A stretch of DNA of 49,944 nucleotides, from positions 1 to 49,944 of the forward strand of contig NZ_CALHWC010000115.1 in NCBI RefSeq assembly GCF_938036805.1, given 5' to 3'. A program made the position numbers and the translations under genes. This document shows positions 45,173 to 49,944 of the stretch, one piece after another. The notes beneath the pieces are model-generated. The model saw nothing but the letters and a program-made list of their open reading frames with translations, did not search any database and was not told the DNA's origin. Every line of letters starts with the position of its first letter. Position 1 is the stretch's first letter. Origin of the DNA: an uncultured Streptococcus sp. (GTDB lineage: Bacteria; Bacillota; Bacilli; Lactobacillales; Streptococcaceae).

Positions 45173-45805
45173 CTAAAATACTACTTTGGTGCCGTGCAAT
45201 TGATCAACACCTAAGCTGTCGGCAATCTCAGCACGATTGTCTAGATTAATTCCACCACCAGGTAAAATTTCTATCCGCCCTGCCGCATGCTCAATCAATT
45301 CATCCAGCCAAGCCAAATGCTCTAGAATGGACTCTGACGCTGGCCCGCCATGAGTCAAAATCCGCTTAACTCCATGTTCAACCAGCCAGTCTAACTCTCC
45401 AAACTGATATTCAGCAGGAATCGCATCAAAAGCCATATGGAAGACCACATCCAGCCCCTGAGCCGCTTCAAGCAGTCGCTCCATCTTTGGATAATCAATC
45501 TCGTTATTTTCCGTTAAAACACCAAAGACGAGGCCATGGCTCCCCGCCTCACGTGCCTTCTGAATGTCCGAGAGCATTATCTCGATTTCCATATCTGAAT
45601 AGACAAAATTCCCACCACGAGGTCGAATCATGGTCATCACGGTCGCATCATAAGGCTGAACCATTCGTACTGCAGCCTCAATGACACCGTAGCTAGGCGT
45701 TGTTCCACCAACTGATAGGTTATCACACAGCTCAACCCGCTTCGCTCCAGCCTTTAAAGCCTTGTCTAGTAAGGTGACATTCTCTGCACAAAATTCATAA
45801 ATCAT
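45173..45805 (-). CDS. cutC: Copper homeostasis protein CutC family
   Basis: RVELCDNLSVGGTTPSYG, MIRPRGGNF, FHMAFD, RILTHG. Confidence 0.93.
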   Translation of the reverse strand: MIYEFCAENVTLLDKALKAGAKRVELCDNLSVGGTTPSYGVIEAAVRMVQPYDATVMTMIRPRGGNFVYSDMEIEIMLSDIQKAREAGSHGLVFGVLTENNEIDYPKMERLLEAAQGLDVVFHMAFDAIPAEYQFGELDWLVEHGVKRILTHGGPASESILEHLAWLDELIEHAAGRIEILPGGGINLDNRAEIADSLGVDQLHGTKVVF

Positions 45806-46086
45806 GGCACTACCTCTTATTTACTATATTGATTTTCTACTTTTTATTATATCACAAAATTTCTTTTAAAATGCACCCCTAGCATATTTGCCACCGCTTT
45901 TCTCAACCATTTTATATTAATAGACTTGCAAAAAATCCTATTCTTCAATCTTACAAGCCTGATTTTCACCTATTTCCATTACGTTTATATTCTAAGCCTT
46001 TTCAACTAGAGAAATGGTGAGTTACAGATGTCTTTTGTTCAAGATTGTGCTAAAATAGACTTAATCTATGAAAACAAGGAGCTTTT

Positions 46087-47310
46087 ATGAAATACCCTAA
46101 TCTTTTAGATCGTTTCCTGACCTATGTCAAAGTTAACACACGCTCAGACGAAACGTCTACTACTACACCCAGTACCCAGAGTCAGGTGGACTTTGCTAAC
46201 AATATCCTCATTCCTGAGATGAAGCGAGTTGGCTTGGAAAATGTCTACTACCTGCCCAACGGCTTTGCGATTGGAACTCTGCCAGCCAACGACCCTAGCT
46301 TTACCCGCAAGATTGGCTTTATTTCCCACATGGATACGGCGGACTTCAACGCAGAAAACATCCAGCCGCAGGTCATTGAGAATTATGATGGCGGTGTGAT
46401 TCCGCTTGGTCAATCTGGCTTTAACTTAGATCCTGCAGACTTCGCCAGTCTCCATAAATACAAGGGCCAAACACTGATTACAACTGATGGAACCACCCTT
46501 CTGGGCGCAGACGACAAGTCAGGTATTGCTGAAATCATGACTGCTATCGAATACCTGTCTGCCCATCCAGAAATCAAGCATGGAGAAATCCGAGTGGGAT
46601 TTGGACCAGATGAGGAAATCGGTATCGGAGCTGATAAGTTTGACGCGGAAGACTTCGACGTAGACTTTGCTTACACAGTAGATGGCGGCCCTCTAGGAGA
46701 ACTCCAGTATGAAACCTTTAGCGCTGCTAGCGCAGAATTGACCTTCCAAGGTCGCAATGTCCATCCAGGAACTGCTAAGGACCAGATGGTCAATGCACTT
46801 CAGCTGGCTATTGACTTCCACAACCAGCTGCCAGAAGCTGATCGACCAGAGAAAACCGAGGGCTACCAAGGCTTCTACCACCTGATGAACCTGACCGGTA
46901 CTGTCGAAGAAGCCCAAGCCAGCTACATTGTCCGCGACTTTGAGACAGAAGCTTTTGAAAATCGCAAAGCTGCTATGCAGGCTATTGCTGATAAGATGAA
47001 CCAAGAGCTGGGTAGCGAACGCGTCATCTTGACCCTCAAAGACCAGTATTACAACATGAAGCAGGTCATTGAAAAGGACATGACACCGATCAATATCGCC
47101 AAAGCAGTCATGGAAAGTTTGGATATCCAGCCAATTATCGAGCCTATTCGTGGCGGAACTGATGGCTCTAAAATTTCCTTTATGGGCATCCCGACACCGA
47201 ACCTCTTCGCCGGTGGTGAAAATATGCACGGCCGCTTTGAATATGTCAGCCTAGAAACCATGGAACGCGCTGTCGATACCATCATTGGCATCGTCTCTTA
47301 TCAAGAATAA
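46087..47310 (+). CDS. pepT: Peptidase T (tripeptidase)
   Basis: [33 protein letters not shown]. Confidence 0.97.
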   Translation: MKYPNLLDRFLTYVKVNTRSDETSTTTPSTQSQVDFANNILIPEMKRVGLENVYYLPNGFAIGTLPANDPSFTRKIGFISHMDTADFNAENIQPQVIENYDGGVIPLGQSGFNLDPADFASLHKYKGQTLITTDGTTLLGADDKSGIAEIMTAIEYLSAHPEIKHGEIRVGFGPDEEIGIGADKFDAEDFDVDFAYTVDGGPLGELQYETFSAASAELTFQGRNVHPGTAKDQMVNALQLAIDFHNQLPEADRPEKTEGYQGFYHLMNLTGTVEEAQASYIVRDFETEAFENRKAAMQAIADKMNQELGSERVILTLKDQYYNMKQVIEKDMTPINIAKAVMESLDIQPIIEPIRGGTDGSKISFMGIPTPNLFAGGENMHGRFEYVSLETMERAVDTIIGIVSYQE

Positions 47311-47312
47311 AT

Positions 47313-47348
47313 AAAAAACAGAAATTCATAACGAATTTCTGTTTTTTT
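47313..47348. terminator. Bidirectional terminator after pepT
   Basis: aaaaaacagaaattc-ataac-gaatttctgttttttt. Confidence 0.8.
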
Positions 47349-47482
47349 GACTTTTAAAACTGAAAGTTAAGCTAACACCAACTGCTCCAAGAGCAAAAAA
47401 GGAGAAGACCAATTGGTCCTCTCCAAAGTTTAGCATGTATCAGGCCGTTATAGTCGACAAAAAACCGTATCGGCAGATTCAA

Positions 47483-48631
47483 TTAAGCTTCTGTACCGTT
47501 AATGACTTCTATAATCTTCTCAATAATCTCATTATCTAGATATTGTTCAAATTGAGGCAAGTATTCATAATAGTTCTTATAAGTATCGGCCTGTCCTGCC
47601 ATAATCAAAGCTCTGAAGCCTTGGTAGGCAACTTCAAAATTCCCTATTTTGACACCATTTTCTAACAATTCAAATGGAATCCAATAGTCATAAACCCTGT
47701 TCCAGCTGAAAAGACTATCCGGATTCAATTCTAAATCCTTAGCCATATAAGCATAAGCAAAAGCAATGTGATGCTGCCCTGCTTCTCTATATAATTTGGC
47801 TAATTGAGACCATGCTTCAGCGCGATTAGGGTTAATCTGGATAGCTTTTTCCAAATACTCTCGTCCTTCAAGAGCTTTCCCTTCATTTTCATAAATTTGC
47901 GCTATTTCTAGACAAGAATAATAAGCTTCCTCTGACCATCCATCCGTCATAACTGCACGTTTTTTGAACCAAGACAAGGCCTCCTGGTATAAACCTGCAT
48001 CACGATAAGATCTCGCGCAATAAAAGGTATATCTAGGCTCTAAATCAGGGTCTTGATTATTATAAACAGCATTTGCAAGTACAGTTGCATCATGATAATA
48101 TTTATCATCGTCTAGACTTCGTGCGCCTCTTGTTCTTGCAATGACTGAATAGGGTCCTACAAGATTTCCATAACTGGCACCTTCAGGCAATTCAATAAAT
48201 TCATGCACAACTCCTCGCCAATAAATTTCTGGATTATTTTTAACAAGAGCTACACGACGAAATGAAAGAACTCCACTCTCATCTGAAAAATTGAGATAAT
48301 AGGCATCTGCTTCAAGATCAGTAGAAATTTTTAAACTACCTTCAACGAAATCATCTGCATCAAAGATTAGAATATAGTCTCCCTTTCCTCTTGCATAATT
48401 TAGGGCTAAATTTCTATTATGTGCAAAGTTTTGCCATTCATCTTTGTGCAATTCTCCTGGAATTCCCACCTCACTAAAAAAGTTCAAGATAAGGTTTTCC
48501 GTTCCATCTGTGGAGCCAGTGTCAGAAATGACCCAGTAGTCAAATGTGATTGAATTGACCAAATTTTGGAGTGTTTCCAAAATTATATGGGCTTCATTTT
48601 TTACAATCATATTCAATACAATTGATGACAT
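47483..48631 (-). CDS. GT2-family glycosyltransferase with C-terminal TPR repeats
   Basis: LNMIVKNE, DTGSTDGT, NFAHNRNLAL, DADD (DxD), GVVHE, then TPR-like helices (FYCARSYRDAG..EAL..F, EKAIQINPNRAEAW..LA); GGAGG RBS. Confidence 0.9.
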   Translation of the reverse strand: MSSIVLNMIVKNEAHIILETLQNLVNSITFDYWVISDTGSTDGTENLILNFFSEVGIPGELHKDEWQNFAHNRNLALNYARGKGDYILIFDADDFVEGSLKISTDLEADAYYLNFSDESGVLSFRRVALVKNNPEIYWRGVVHEFIELPEGASYGNLVGPYSVIARTRGARSLDDDKYYHDATVLANAVYNNQDPDLEPRYTFYCARSYRDAGLYQEALSWFKKRAVMTDGWSEEAYYSCLEIAQIYENEGKALEGREYLEKAIQINPNRAEAWSQLAKLYREAGQHHIAFAYAYMAKDLELNPDSLFSWNRVYDYWIPFELLENGVKIGNFEVAYQGFRALIMAGQADTYKNYYEYLPQFEQYLDNEIIEKIIEVINGTEA

Positions 48632-48658
48632 TCAATTCCTCCAAAACATTAATACAAC

Positions 48659-48706
48659 AAAACTAGAGGCTAGTAGAATTTTAATAATCCTAATAGCCTC
48701 TGTTTT
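48659..48706 (-). terminator. Terminator-like hairpin between the collagen-like gene and the glycosyltransferase
   Basis: Minus strand AGAGGCTATTAGG...TCTACTAGCCTCT-agttttgttg. Confidence 0.55.
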
Positions 48707-48748
48707 ACTCTAAACTTGATATTGCTTAAATTTTATAAAGAGAATATC

Positions 48749-49944
<1,196 letters not shown>

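Noticed and set aside
47326..47436. 36-aa minus-strand ORF MLNFGEDQLVFSFFALGAVGVSLTFSFKSQKNRNSL resembling a sortase-anchor remnant
   Set aside because: No RBS, no true LPxTG, and it overlaps two terminator-like hairpins; probably chance

Overview
Chromosomal segment of an oral Streptococcus, most like the sanguinis/gordonii/cristatus group judged by gene content, protein style and repeats; the species is not determined. Most of the window is housekeeping: pstSCAB2-phoU, rsmF, IMPase, UPF0223, spxA, ribF, galETK/galR, birA, sufT-like, rpoD-dnaG, mscL, rpsU, an RclA/Har-type oxidoreductase, FNR, ridA-rapZ-yvcK-whiA, pyrR-pyrP-pyrB, niaX-niaR, a MocR regulator, a heterodimeric ABC exporter, cutC and pepT. 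Accessory parts: (1) the left edge holds at least five tandem, mosaic paralogs of a membrane-anchored protein of about 200 aa, resembling a poly-immunity array; (2) 23.1-25.7 kb is a decaying BlaI/M56-methyltransferase-PepE cluster with three broken genes; (3) a preQ1-I riboswitch precedes a nucleoside hydrolase and an ECF S component (queuosine salvage); (4) three copies of a ~175-bp MITE-like repeat; (5) the right edge holds an LPxTG-anchored collagen-like protein with 26 Gly-Pro-Thr triplets and repeated EF-hand-like Ca2+ loops, followed directly by a TPR-containing GT2 glycosyltransferase. Item 5 is the best candidate for an undescribed system: a dedicated glycosylation module for a collagen-like surface protein.
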